The notes beneath the pieces were generated by a model, which saw only the letters and a program-made list of their open reading frames with translations, did not search any database and had not been told where the DNA came from. Shown piece by piece: positions 37,591 through 47,310 of a stretch of DNA of 64,000 bases. Numbering within the stretch: position 1 is the stretch's first letter; each line of letters starts with the position of its first letter. Position numbers and translations under genes: made by a program. Source of the DNA: Deltaproteobacteria bacterium. GTDB lineage: Bacteria > UBA10199 > SPLOWO2-01-44-7. The stretch is taken from the NCBI GenBank assembly GCA_023265595.1, contig JAHFSU010000003.1:6178-70177 (forward strand), in the 5' to 3' direction.

Positions 37591-40587
37591 ATGCGCAAAA
37601 TCTTTTTTGGGGTTTTTTTTCTCTTTTCCGGTTTTTTATTTATTCCTCAAACCGTTTCAGCGGGTCTTTTTTATCCTTTTTACGGTTGGCGCACCATAAA
37701 CACCCAACATTTTTCAATCCATTATCATCAGGATTCCGAGGCGGTTGCCAAAAAAGCGGCCGGTTATTTTGAAGAGGTCTATGAAAAACTGACACCGCAA
37801 TTTCATTGGAAACCCTGGGGAAAAACGGAAGTCATTTTGACTGATAATAATGATGAATCCAACGGTCTGGCCAGCACGCTCCCCTACAACTGGCTTTTGT
37901 TACGCATTGTCCCTCCCGAACCGGAAAGCTCTCTTTCTACTTATGATGACTGGTTGAAATTACTCATTACACATGAATTTACACACATCCTGCATCTCGA
38001 TGCCTACGGCGGTTTTTGGAAACCGTGGCATTATCTCTTCGGAAAATTGATTGCCCCGGCCGGCTTGACGCCGAATTGGGTCAAAGAAGGGATGGCCACG
38101 TTAGAAGAAACGGAGGAGACCGAAGGAGGACGCGGTCGTGCGGCATACAGTGAAATGCTGGTCCGAACCGCCATTTTACAAAACCAGTTTCCTTCCATCG
38201 ATCGAGCCGATGGTTTGCAGTGGAAATGGCCTGCGGCACAGACCCAATACATTTTCGGCGTCAAATTTTTGCAATATCTTGAAAAACGTTTTGGAAAAGA
38301 AAAATTGATGGAATTCAACCGGGTCACCCAGCATTCCGTGCTGGTCAGCGCAGTTAACCACGCCGCAAAAAAGGCCTTTGGAGAAAGTTTCTACAAATTG
38401 TGGAGAGAGTGGCAGGAAGATTTGCGCAAGGAATATGCGGCTTGGGAAGAGACTGTCAAAAAAGAGGGGATCACCGAAACGGAAAAATTTATTGAAGGAA
38501 AAAAATACGACTCTTTTTATCTCCCGACTTTTTCAAAGGACGGAAAATGGCTTGCTTTCGTAGTGACCAACCCGAAACGGGCGCCGGTTTTATGGCTGAA
38601 AGATGTGGAGACCGGAAAAAAAAAGAAAGTTTCGGCGCAAATTCCCAGCCAAATTTCTTTTGCACCCGATGGAGAATCCCTGATCTTTTCATCCGTCTCC
38701 ACCTATAAAAGCCGCTATCGCTATTATGATCTTTACCGCTACGATATCAAAAACGAAAAATTGAAAAGGCTGACACACGGCGCCCGCGCGAAAGATCCCG
38801 ATTTTACGGCCGATGGTAAGAAAATCCTTTTTTCGGCAAGCAAGAATGGAACAGACACTCTTAAACTGTATGATGTGGAAACCAAGGAAATTACCGATCT
38901 GGTTTTGCCCCCCGAACCGTTTACGCAATTTGCAAACATGCGCTATTCGCCGGATGGCTCTCATTTTGCCGTGGTTCGCTTTAAAAATCAGGTCGGGTGG
39001 GAATTGGCGGCCTACAATAGCGATGGTTCCTTTAACCGCCGGATTACAAAAACCGGCCTTCCTGTCGAATCGAGGCCGACGTGGACAGCCGATGGACGGT
39101 TTATCATTTATAGTTCGGATGAGGATGGGGTGAATAATTTTTATCTTTATGACTGGCAGACACAAACGAGAAAGCGTTTGACCCGAGTGACAACCGGTGT
39201 TTTTGAACCGACCCTCGGTGAAGAAGGCAAAACGTTGCTAGCGCGTTATTACAATGGCGAGGGGTATGCTATTCGAAAAATCCCCATGGGACCATGGACC
39301 ATGGACCCCGCCACACTGCGGACGGGCAGGCAGAGACCAGAGACCAAAAAACAAAAAAAAGAATCCGTTGATAAAGATGAAACAGATGACTCCGGTCATG
39401 GTGAGCCTGTCGAACCATCCACGATCCACGATCCACGAAAATACAGTCCCTTCGGCAAATCTCTTTTTCTGCCGCGATTTGTTCTCCCCGGTTTCGCCTT
39501 TTTGGATGACGGTGTTTTGGCAACCGCAGCGACCGGTGGCAACGATCCTTTACGTTATCATAACTGGAATGGGGGAATCAGCTATCGAAGCGGCGCCGGC
39601 TATCTCGGTTATTTTGGGCGTTATGCTTATGCCCATTATCTTCCCATTTTGGGGGTGGGGATCAATGCGAGCGCCGTCGATTATGGAACATTAAGATTTT
39701 CAACCGGAAATTCGTATCATTTTTATGAAGAGCGGCGCAATACAAATGGATTTATTTCTCTCCCGATCGGGACGAGACAAGCCGTGGGGGCCGCCTATTT
39801 TTTTGAAAATCGTTCCCCCATTACGAATATTTTGTCGAATGAAGCGGCGGCCCTAAATTTGGGACACTACGCCGGCTTTGGCGCCACCTATGTTTTTGGG
39901 GAGACGGAGGCTTATCCCGCCTCGATCAGCCGGCCCGAAAAAGGGACGAAACTTCGTTTGAGTCTTATTGCCTCAGATGCCCGTCTCGGTTCTGCGGAAA
40001 AAAATGAACAGCGCGTTTACATGGGGGACATGCGCGAATATCTCCCGTTAGGTAATAATCATGTCATTGCGCTGCGTGCGGCCGGTGGTTTTGCGCAGGG
40101 GGATCGCTTTGTTCCGGGGACCTTCACTTTGGGGGGTGATTTGGGAGAAGGGACGCTGACCGCTCCACCCGGCGGGAGCTACTTTAGTTTAAGGGGTTTG
40201 CCTGTGGCGGCGTTCAGCGGAGATCGTGCGATGGTTTTGTCGGGTGAATATCGTCTCCCGATTATCTCTCCGCAACACGGCCCCGGCACATGGCCCTTTT
40301 TTGTGGAGAATCTTCACATCGGTTTTTTTGCCGATTATGGCGACACATGGAGTAAAACACAAAACGATCACAATAGCTGGGGGAATTTTTTTGATAAATT
40401 TATGCTGGGTGTTGGAACGGAATTGCGCGGGGATTTTATCGTCGGACACGGATTGCCCATTACCGGGCGTTTTGGTTATGCGATTATTGTGAACAACCGG
40501 AATCGCTTGGCCGGCCTGCTGGATCCGATTACGGGATCGGGCATCCGTAATGGTATCTTTATTTTGCAATTTGGGACGCCGTTTTAA
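37591..40587 (+). CDS. Outer-membrane-type protein (998 aa) with an N-terminal HExxH zincin-like region (HEFTHILH), TolB-like beta-propeller repeats, and a C-terminal beta-barrel-like domain ending in Phe.
   Basis: SPase I signal (VSA-GL). WD40-like 'DGKxLxF' repeats. A C-terminal alternating hydrophobic pattern with terminal F. Confidence 0.5.
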   Translation: MRKIFFGVFFLFSGFLFIPQTVSAGLFYPFYGWRTINTQHFSIHYHQDSEAVAKKAAGYFEEVYEKLTPQFHWKPWGKTEVILTDNNDESNGLASTLPYNWLLLRIVPPEPESSLSTYDDWLKLLITHEFTHILHLDAYGGFWKPWHYLFGKLIAPAGLTPNWVKEGMATLEETEETEGGRGRAAYSEMLVRTAILQNQFPSIDRADGLQWKWPAAQTQYIFGVKFLQYLEKRFGKEKLMEFNRVTQHSVLVSAVNHAAKKAFGESFYKLWREWQEDLRKEYAAWEETVKKEGITETEKFIEGKKYDSFYLPTFSKDGKWLAFVVTNPKRAPVLWLKDVETGKKKKVSAQIPSQISFAPDGESLIFSSVSTYKSRYRYYDLYRYDIKNEKLKRLTHGARAKDPDFTADGKKILFSASKNGTDTLKLYDVETKEITDLVLPPEPFTQFANMRYSPDGSHFAVVRFKNQVGWELAAYNSDGSFNRRITKTGLPVESRPTWTADGRFIIYSSDEDGVNNFYLYDWQTQTRKRLTRVTTGVFEPTLGEEGKTLLARYYNGEGYAIRKIPMGPWTMDPATLRTGRQRPETKKQKKESVDKDETDDSGHGEPVEPSTIHDPRKYSPFGKSLFLPRFVLPGFAFLDDGVLATAATGGNDPLRYHNWNGGISYRSGAGYLGYFGRYAYAHYLPILGVGINASAVDYGTLRFSTGNSYHFYEERRNTNGFISLPIGTRQAVGAAYFFENRSPITNILSNEAAALNLGHYAGFGATYVFGETEAYPASISRPEKGTKLRLSLIASDARLGSAEKNEQRVYMGDMREYLPLGNNHVIALRAAGGFAQGDRFVPGTFTLGGDLGEGTLTAPPGGSYFSLRGLPVAAFSGDRAMVLSGEYRLPIISPQHGPGTWPFFVENLHIGFFADYGDTWSKTQNDHNSWGNFFDKFMLGVGTELRGDFIVGHGLPITGRFGYAIIVNNRNRLAGLLDPITGSGIRNGIFILQFGTPF

Positions 40588-40703
40588 CTATGGATAATAA
40601 ATCACGGTGTCATTGCGCCTGTCCGCCGGGTGTTTGGCGGAAGCCCCGAAGGGCCGAAACAATCCAGAGGAAATTCGCGAGAGATTGCTTCGTCCTCCTC
40701 ACT

Positions 40704-41984
40704 ATGCTCGGAGTCCTCGCAATGACAACCCTTCCGGCTTTTGCCAACACGCTTCCCCCCAATCTTGCGATTTTGGAAAAAGAGCCGGCCGATTTAAAAA
40801 TAATCGAAAAATTGGTTGACTATCGGTGGTTTGATCAAGCGTTAAAGGCTTTAATAAATTATCCGGATACGGATGAAAAGGCCCTCTTTTTAAAAGCCCG
40901 ATGTTGGATGGGGCTTAAAAGTTACAAAGAGGCCCTCGAATTATTTCACCAACTTGCAGAATCGTCTTCCTCTTTTGAAATGCGTCGCGAGGCCCTTTTG
41001 AAAGAGGCGATGATTTTTGTTCGACTCAAAAAATACGAGGCCGCGTTGGATATCTACAATCGTCTGCTTGAAGAAAATCGCGGGAAAAAAAGAGGGATCA
41101 GAGAAATTGCGAAGCGGGCTTTTAAAACGGCGTTGGAAGCGAAAAAATATGATGAAGGCCTGCTGTTTTTGGGACACTTCAGCGGAGATGAAGCCCGTTG
41201 GTGGCGCGGTTGGTGCCATTTTCGAAAAGAGGAATATGATGCCGCATTAACCTATTGGGATAAAATTTCCAAACGGAGTGATTTTTACCCGCAGACCCTT
41301 TTTTGGAAATCCCAAATTTTCAAAAAAATCAAAAATCCGGAGAAGAGTGATTCTTGTTTTCAGACACTTCTTCAGGAATATCCCTTCCATTATTATAGTT
41401 TTTTGGCTCTTTTTGAAAAAATTCCAAGGAAAAAGGATCGACTCGATCTGATTTCTACCCATTGGTCTGGTGACAGGGATAAATCGAAATGGATGGAGCG
41501 CTATCCACGAACATTTGAAATCGAAGTCAAAAAAGCAGCAAAAAAAAGAGACCTCGATTCCTATTTTGTTTTTGCCGTGATTTGGCAGGAATCCCATTTT
41601 CGCGAATGGGTGGTTTCTCCAAGTGGCGCGATCGGTTTAATGCAGCTGATGCCGCAAACGGCTTTGACATTGGCCCATGCGATTCAATTAAGACATTTTG
41701 ATCTTGTCCAAATTTTGAAACCGGAAATGAACATCAAGCTCGGTTCCCTTTACCTCTCTTTTTTGAAAAAACTTTTTTCCGGCCATCTTCCGCTGGCCGT
41801 TGCCGCCTATAATGCCGGGGAAGAAGCGGTTAGCCGGTGGTTGAGCCTTCGCAAAAAGGATTCTCTCCCGCTGATTATCGAAGAAATCCCTTACGACGAA
41901 ACCCAAAAATATACTAAAAAGGTGCTTTTGGCCCATTGGATTTACCATTGGCTCTACAGAGGGGACGTTCCACCCGTTTTTTGA
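40704..41984 (+). CDS. Lytic murein transglycosylase (SLT domain) with N-terminal TPR-like repeats.
   Basis: SLT catalytic motif (ES...GLMQLMP, AYNAG). Signal peptide from the Met at 40704. The ORF-track start at 40590 was rejected. Confidence 0.75.
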   Translation: MLGVLAMTTLPAFANTLPPNLAILEKEPADLKIIEKLVDYRWFDQALKALINYPDTDEKALFLKARCWMGLKSYKEALELFHQLAESSSSFEMRREALLKEAMIFVRLKKYEAALDIYNRLLEENRGKKRGIREIAKRAFKTALEAKKYDEGLLFLGHFSGDEARWWRGWCHFRKEEYDAALTYWDKISKRSDFYPQTLFWKSQIFKKIKNPEKSDSCFQTLLQEYPFHYYSFLALFEKIPRKKDRLDLISTHWSGDRDKSKWMERYPRTFEIEVKKAAKKRDLDSYFVFAVIWQESHFREWVVSPSGAIGLMQLMPQTALTLAHAIQLRHFDLVQILKPEMNIKLGSLYLSFLKKLFSGHLPLAVAAYNAGEEAVSRWLSLRKKDSLPLIIEEIPYDETQKYTKKVLLAHWIYHWLYRGDVPPVF

Positions 41985-42070
41985 CGCTTTTTGGCACCAC
42001 CGTCAAAAAAATAGGGGGACGTTCCACCAATTTTTTGACGCTTTTTGATGCCACCGTCAAAAAAATGACG
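41961..42070. repeat. Two tandem 53-bp direct repeats, each containing the palindrome TTTTTTGACG-N14-CGTCAAAAAA. Candidate enhancer/activator binding sites upstream of a sigma-54 promoter.
   Basis: Read directly. Repeat 1 overlaps the last 8 codons of the slt gene. Confidence 0.5.
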
Positions 42071-42089
42071 GTTCCGATAGGATCAAAAT

Positions 42090-42105
42090 TGGCATCGATA
42101 TTGCT
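42090..42105 (+). promoter_or_regulatory. Sigma-54 promoter TGGCATC-gata-TTGCT.
   Basis: Matches TGGCACG-N4-TTGCW at 15 of 16 positions, about 45 bp upstream of the ATG at 42149. Confidence 0.55.
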
Positions 42106-42148
42106 AGATAAACGGTGTGGTCTCAATTTTCAAAAAAAGGATAAAATT

Positions 42149-44719
42149 ATGAAAAAAATATTGTTTTTATTGCCTATTTTTATTTTTTTCATGGCCTGTT
42201 CGGAGAAGAGTTCGCAACAGCCTCAGGGGAATGGAGGAGGGGGGAATGGTGGTGCCGAGGGTGGTCCTGTCGTACCGCCACCCGCCGATGGTGGTGGAGA
42301 TCTTCTCCCTCCCGGACCGACTGGGGGAGGTGATGTCGCCATTCTTCCACCGGGGCCGATCGTTGTTATTGAGGAAGATTGTGAAGATAATTTGGATAAC
42401 AATGCCGATGGGGCCACTGATTGCGCCGATGTCCGGTGCGCCCAAAAAGAGGTTTGCCAAGCACCTGCCGGTGGTGGTGGGGGCGGTGGCGGAGCAGGTG
42501 GAATAAACCAGTTGAGTGGTACTGTCACTATGGGTGGTTTGCCGACAGGAATGGGTGGCTTGTCCGGTCAGCTTGGTAACCTTGCACAGCAGTTTTCTGT
42601 TCGAATCGGAGGAGGAGGTGGTGGTGCTCTCCCTCCCGGTGTTATAGTGCCGCCGATACCTCCCATGGGTGGGGCTGGAGGTGGAGCGGGTGGAGGTGGT
42701 GTAGAACCTCCGGTTGCTACAACAGCCTCTTCGAACTGCCCGGAAGATGGAATCTTGGATGTTAAAACAGATATTGAAGTGATGCGTGGCAATGTCAGCA
42801 ATCTAGTGGCCCATAATGAACATGCCGTTATAGAAGGGAGTCTGGTTTTGGAGATTAAACTCATTCCGTGGGTTGCCGGCATCAAAGCCCCGCGCGATCG
42901 TCGTTACAACTACTCTTGGAGATGGTTGACCGACGAAGGTCGTGACTCGGGAGATGCGGCGGACGGTATTATCTCCCCCTCTTTTACTTTCAGAAATGCC
43001 GGCACGAAACATGTCAAGTTGGTTGTGGAAGATACCGAGTGTCAGCATAATGGGAGCAATATTGTCGGTAAGGGACTTGTCGATATTATTGTGAACCATC
43101 CACCAATCACTGCAAACCCTTCCCAAATTATTGTAGTAGGTCCTGCCGGAGAGAATTGTGAACAGCCGGTACAGTCCGTTGAAATTAGTCCTGTTTTGAT
43201 TTCCGGCCAGGCAAGAGTCTCTCCACAACTGGTAGAAGGGTTGCATGCTCCGTATCAGATTCGTTTTGAGGCAAAAGTGAATGGGGCCCTCTCTACGCAC
43301 CCGGGTTATACCTATAATTGGATGGTTGATGATGCCCCGATGCTCAATGCCGTTGCCGGAAATAGAAACAATATTTCAAACACATTTAACGATTTGGGTT
43401 TTCATCAAGTCAATGTGACCGTGACCGACAACTGTGGCAATTCGGCCTATGATCCGATCCGGATTGTCCCCGGAGAAGCGCCTCCCCCTGCAGCTCAAGC
43501 GGCATGTACAGACTGCAAACCGGAGTGGGAGAAATTTGATATAGGTTCTGGTATTCACCAGTTGACCGTGGCCAGCGGCGACAATATTGCCGTGATGGTT
43601 GCTGTGACACCACTTCGTAAAAATGTCTTCTATCTCCTTTTTGATTTGCAGAATCGGCGTTTTGTTTCCGATTGGAAACCGTTTGAAAAATTATCTCAAG
43701 TGACCTGCGATGCAAACACACCGGTTCAGTTTGATAAACCCTCCGTGGCCGTCACAAAAAATGGCAACAAATTTATTGTCACGATGGAAAAAGAATGTGG
43801 CAACGACAGGAACAACGTTTTTTATGAGAAATTTACAAAACAGGCCGATGGTACTTACCGAGAGGGGGATCCCGATTACATGGGCCAGCGCGGCAATAAA
43901 TGGACGCCGGTTGCAATGGTCAATGATAACAACGATTTTGCCATCAGCTGGCTTTTTGAGGAGATTAATGAGCCAAAGCTACTTCAAAATACCCGATTTA
44001 ATTATAAAGTCCAAAAAGCCTATTTTAAAATTCTCAAATCAAATGGAGGTCAAATCGGTCCCTCCCGTTTTGTCACAACATGGTGGCAGGGGGGATGGCA
44101 TGAGCCCGATTTTGAAAACCGTAATGTGGTTAACGAAGAGCTGGAAAGAAGGCTCAAAGGGACGGCGTCCGGGAACAGTTTTTGCGCTAGTTTCAGAAGA
44201 ATTTTGAAAAATAATTACGGCACTTCCGTTCTTTCCGATAAAAGTGAATTGGTCTGCGTGAATGCAAATGGAGACCTCAATATGCGGGATACAAACAGTT
44301 TTCGTCTGGATACCCCCGCATTGGCCTCTGCAAAATTCGCGGCAGGAAACATGCTCGTTGCTGTTGGGATCCAAAGCGACGGCAGATTGAAATTTGATAC
44401 ATGGCTCGGCAATGAAAAGAAAGCTTATTACACAGTAAGCCAAAATTGGCCCGATACGGTTGGTAATATCACGGCCCTCAATTCTTACGGATTGCTTCAA
44501 GTCATCTTGAGTAATCCGTCGGGGAACACCGTTATGGTTTTTCATCCGGGAGCTGTTGGTTCCGATAATGCCAATACAATGATTCCCGGCCACGCCTTTA
44601 GTGTTCCTGGCGCCAATCTAAGCAATACTGTCTATTCCGCCGATCAAAACCGCCACGCCATCAGTGTTTGGGTGCAAAACAACGTTGCTTGGGGGATCAC
44701 CGGTTCGGTTGAGCCATAA
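42149..44719 (+). CDS. Large lipoprotein with Gly/Pro-rich low-complexity linkers and PKD-like domains.
   Basis: Lipobox-like FMAC. Poly-Gly tracts. PKD-like strands (FTFRNAGTKHVKLVVEDTECQ, HQVNVTVTDNCGN). Confidence 0.5.
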   Translation: MKKILFLLPIFIFFMACSEKSSQQPQGNGGGGNGGAEGGPVVPPPADGGGDLLPPGPTGGGDVAILPPGPIVVIEEDCEDNLDNNADGATDCADVRCAQKEVCQAPAGGGGGGGGAGGINQLSGTVTMGGLPTGMGGLSGQLGNLAQQFSVRIGGGGGGALPPGVIVPPIPPMGGAGGGAGGGGVEPPVATTASSNCPEDGILDVKTDIEVMRGNVSNLVAHNEHAVIEGSLVLEIKLIPWVAGIKAPRDRRYNYSWRWLTDEGRDSGDAADGIISPSFTFRNAGTKHVKLVVEDTECQHNGSNIVGKGLVDIIVNHPPITANPSQIIVVGPAGENCEQPVQSVEISPVLISGQARVSPQLVEGLHAPYQIRFEAKVNGALSTHPGYTYNWMVDDAPMLNAVAGNRNNISNTFNDLGFHQVNVTVTDNCGNSAYDPIRIVPGEAPPPAAQAACTDCKPEWEKFDIGSGIHQLTVASGDNIAVMVAVTPLRKNVFYLLFDLQNRRFVSDWKPFEKLSQVTCDANTPVQFDKPSVAVTKNGNKFIVTMEKECGNDRNNVFYEKFTKQADGTYREGDPDYMGQRGNKWTPVAMVNDNNDFAISWLFEEINEPKLLQNTRFNYKVQKAYFKILKSNGGQIGPSRFVTTWWQGGWHEPDFENRNVVNEELERRLKGTASGNSFCASFRRILKNNYGTSVLSDKSELVCVNANGDLNMRDTNSFRLDTPALASAKFAAGNMLVAVGIQSDGRLKFDTWLGNEKKAYYTVSQNWPDTVGNITALNSYGLLQVILSNPSGNTVMVFHPGAVGSDNANTMIPGHAFSVPGANLSNTVYSADQNRHAISVWVQNNVAWGITGSVEP

Positions 44720-44770
44720 TTTTTCTCTTTTCTTGACACTCCTGTGTGAGGCTGGTACCTGCGCCTCGAA

Positions 44771-45388
44771 ATGTTATTTCCAAAGGGAAAAGAGTTTTTC
44801 GAGAGAATCGATCTCATCGCCCAAAATGTTTTGGAGTCGGCGAAGGCCCTTCAGGATTTTATTGCCAACTCCCCCACCTCGGCAGCCAAACTCAAAGTTT
44901 TAGAAGACAAGGAACATGAAGGGGATCGTTTGACCCACGATGTGATTGAGCTTCTCAATAAAACTTTCATCACGCCGCTCGACCGCGAAGATATTCACGA
45001 GCTCGTCAGCGCCATGGATGATATTCTCGATTATATTTTCGGGAGCGCGGACAGGATGGTTTTGTATAAAATTCCCTACATTAGCGACGAGTTTAAAGCC
45101 CTGTCGCGCGTGCTCGTGCGCACGGCAGAAGAGGTTGCCAAGGCGGCCCTCCGGCTCAAAGATTTGAAAAATTCCCAAATGATTTTGGCCCAGTGCATTG
45201 AAATCAACCGCATGGAGAATGAGGCTGATGAAGCGCATCGCCATGCGGTGGCCATGTTGTTCGAAAAAGAAAAAGACCCCGTCAACATTATCAAGATCAA
45301 GGAAATTTTGGATCACATGGAGACGGCCACCGATCGTTGTGAAGATGTGGCCAATGTGATCGAATCGATCGTCCTTAAAAATGCCTGA
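44771..45388 (+). CDS. DUF47/PhoU-like phosphate-transport regulator (YkaA-type).
   Basis: 205-aa helical protein with characteristic pairing to the PiT gene. N-terminus MLFPKGKEFFERID is typical of the TIGR00153 family by recall. Confidence 0.65.
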   Translation: MLFPKGKEFFERIDLIAQNVLESAKALQDFIANSPTSAAKLKVLEDKEHEGDRLTHDVIELLNKTFITPLDREDIHELVSAMDDILDYIFGSADRMVLYKIPYISDEFKALSRVLVRTAEEVAKAALRLKDLKNSQMILAQCIEINRMENEADEAHRHAVAMLFEKEKDPVNIIKIKEILDHMETATDRCEDVANVIESIVLKNA

Positions 45389-46385
45389 GACCTCTCTCAT
45401 CATTTTGGCCGGGTTCATTTCGATAGCGCTCGCTTTCGATTTTATAAACGGCTTTCACGATGCCGCAAACTCTATCGCCACCGTTGTTTCTACGCGTGTG
45501 TTAAGTCCGCGCATGGCGGTTGTCTGGGCCGCTTTTTTTAATTTTGCGGCGGCGTTTGCTTTTGGCACGGCCGTCGCCAAAATGATTGCGAAGGGAATCG
45601 TGGTGCCGGAATTTATCACGGTCAACGTGGTGGTCTGCGCATTGGTTGGTGCCATCGTCTGGGACTTGATCACCTGGTGGCGGGGGCTGCCGACCAGTTC
45701 TTCGCACGCGCTGATCGGCGCCTTTGCGGGGGCGGCGGTTGCGCAATCCGGTTTTCAGGCGATTGAATTTTCCGGCCTCAACAAAGTGATGGCCGCCATT
45801 TTGCTCTCCCCTGCAATCGGGATGTTTTTCGGGTTTTTGCTGATGTGGATAATCAGTTGGCTTTGCCACCGCATGGCACCGGGTTTGGTCGATCAATGGT
45901 TTCGACGATTACAGCTCGTCTCCTCCGCTATTTTTTCTTTTTCGCACGGCTCCAACGATGCTCAAAAAACGATGGGGATCATCGTGGCTCTGCTTATCGC
46001 CACCGGCCATTTACCGAAAAATTCCGGCATTCCGATGTGGGTTATTTTTTCCTGTTATGCGGCTATTGCTTTGGGGACTTATTTTGGCGGATGGAAAATT
46101 GTGAAGACGATGGGAATGAAAATTGTAAAACTCCGTCCCGTCGATGGTTTTTGCGCCGAGACCGGTGGCGGCGTGATTATTTTATTGATGTCTTATTTAG
46201 GAATTCCTGTTTCGACAACTCACACCATCACCGGCGCCATTGTTGGTGTCGGAGCAACACGGCGTCTGAGCGCTGTGCGCTGGGGGGTAGCCGGCCGCAT
46301 CGTATGGGCATGGGTTTTCACCATTCCGGCCGCGGCACTCCTTGCCGCGTTTGCAATGACCCTTTTTCAGTTTGTCGGTATTTGA
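45381..46385 (+). CDS. pitA: Inorganic phosphate transporter, PiT family.
   Basis: GFHDAANSIAT and GSNDAQKTMG duplicated motifs. 334 aa. Confidence 0.85.
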   Translation: MPETSLIILAGFISIALAFDFINGFHDAANSIATVVSTRVLSPRMAVVWAAFFNFAAAFAFGTAVAKMIAKGIVVPEFITVNVVVCALVGAIVWDLITWWRGLPTSSSHALIGAFAGAAVAQSGFQAIEFSGLNKVMAAILLSPAIGMFFGFLLMWIISWLCHRMAPGLVDQWFRRLQLVSSAIFSFSHGSNDAQKTMGIIVALLIATGHLPKNSGIPMWVIFSCYAAIALGTYFGGWKIVKTMGMKIVKLRPVDGFCAETGGGVIILLMSYLGIPVSTTHTITGAIVGVGATRRLSAVRWGVAGRIVWAWVFTIPAAALLAAFAMTLFQFVGI

Positions 46386-46389
46386 TAAT

Positions 46390-47310
46390 CTAAGGCAGCA
46401 GTTTTTCAATCCCCTCAAAAACCGCGATCAAATGGCGGACATTCGAGACAAAATCGATTTTGGCGACATCGATGCTCAACACCGGACCTCGGTACCATTT
46501 CGTCTCTTGCACCACATTCATGAAAAGATGGTAGCGATGGTCCAGGGCTTTAACGAGACGGACCAGTCCATCCGGCAATTCCGGACAGGGTGAGCCAGTC
46601 GAACCATGAACCTTTGCCTTATCCAATTCTTCAGCCCTCTGCCGTTCCCGAATATTACCGAGCAGCGCTTCACTGGAGCCATGCAGAAAAACCATCAAGT
46701 CGGGTCTGGGGAGATTTTCAAAATCTCTTTTGAGGCGGATTTCGATCTCCTCCAACCCCGCGGCGCTTAAAAAAGGAACTTCCATGTCATGATGCAAAAC
46801 TTCGCAAAAAGCGTAACGATCGGCTAATGGCGATCCATCGATGCAGGAAGAGCCCTTCAGATGGGTCACCGCCTGCAACTGCATTTTACGCAGATCGAGA
46901 TAGGCATGCTGGATATCGAGAGCCCCTTTTTCTAGCGATTTTTTGGCGCTCATCCACTGCGGGCTCTCGACCGGATGCGCCTTGTGGATTTCGAGAAAAT
47001 GGTTGATGGCGCCATAATAGGCGCCGAGCGTTCTCTTGGCCGTCTCTTTAGAAGTGGTCAAAAGGTTATGGACCGCATCGTTACCGGGAAGATAATCCTC
47101 AAAACCTTCGTCGGGGAGTTCGAAGAGGGCATTCATCGATGTGTTAAATGCGAGATATTTGACAAGAGAACTTTTGCCGGTGCCGATATTGCCGACACAG
47201 GCGATCAATACTTTATTTTGCGCAAAACGTTCCGTGAGGCGGCGCTCCACGGAAGTCAACCGGTTGGCCAGTTTGTGTTTCGGGATCGTTTCATCGGCAA
47301 CAAGGTTCAT
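46390..47310 (-). CDS. Deoxynucleoside-kinase-family P-loop kinase (paralog 1), with an approximately 30-aa N-terminal extension.
   Basis: Walker A GNIGTGKSS resembling the dNK EGNIxxGKST motif, a DRY motif, and a RERQRAEE lid-like motif. Confidence 0.5.
   Translation of the reverse strand: MNLVADETIPKHKLANRLTSVERRLTERFAQNKVLIACVGNIGTGKSSLVKYLAFNTSMNALFELPDEGFEDYLPGNDAVHNLLTTSKETAKRTLGAYYGAINHFLEIHKAHPVESPQWMSAKKSLEKGALDIQHAYLDLRKMQLQAVTHLKGSSCIDGSPLADRYAFCEVLHHDMEVPFLSAAGLEEIEIRLKRDFENLPRPDLMVFLHGSSEALLGNIRERQRAEELDKAKVHGSTGSPCPELPDGLVRLVKALDHRYHLFMNVVQETKWYRGPVLSIDVAKIDFVSNVRHLIAVFEGIEKLLP

Noticed and set aside
40590-40703. ORF-track 5' extension of the lytic transglycosylase (MDNKSRCHCACPPG...).
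   Set aside because: It is Cys/Arg-rich and non-protein-like, and overlaps the previous gene's stop region. The signal peptide begins at the Met at 40704.
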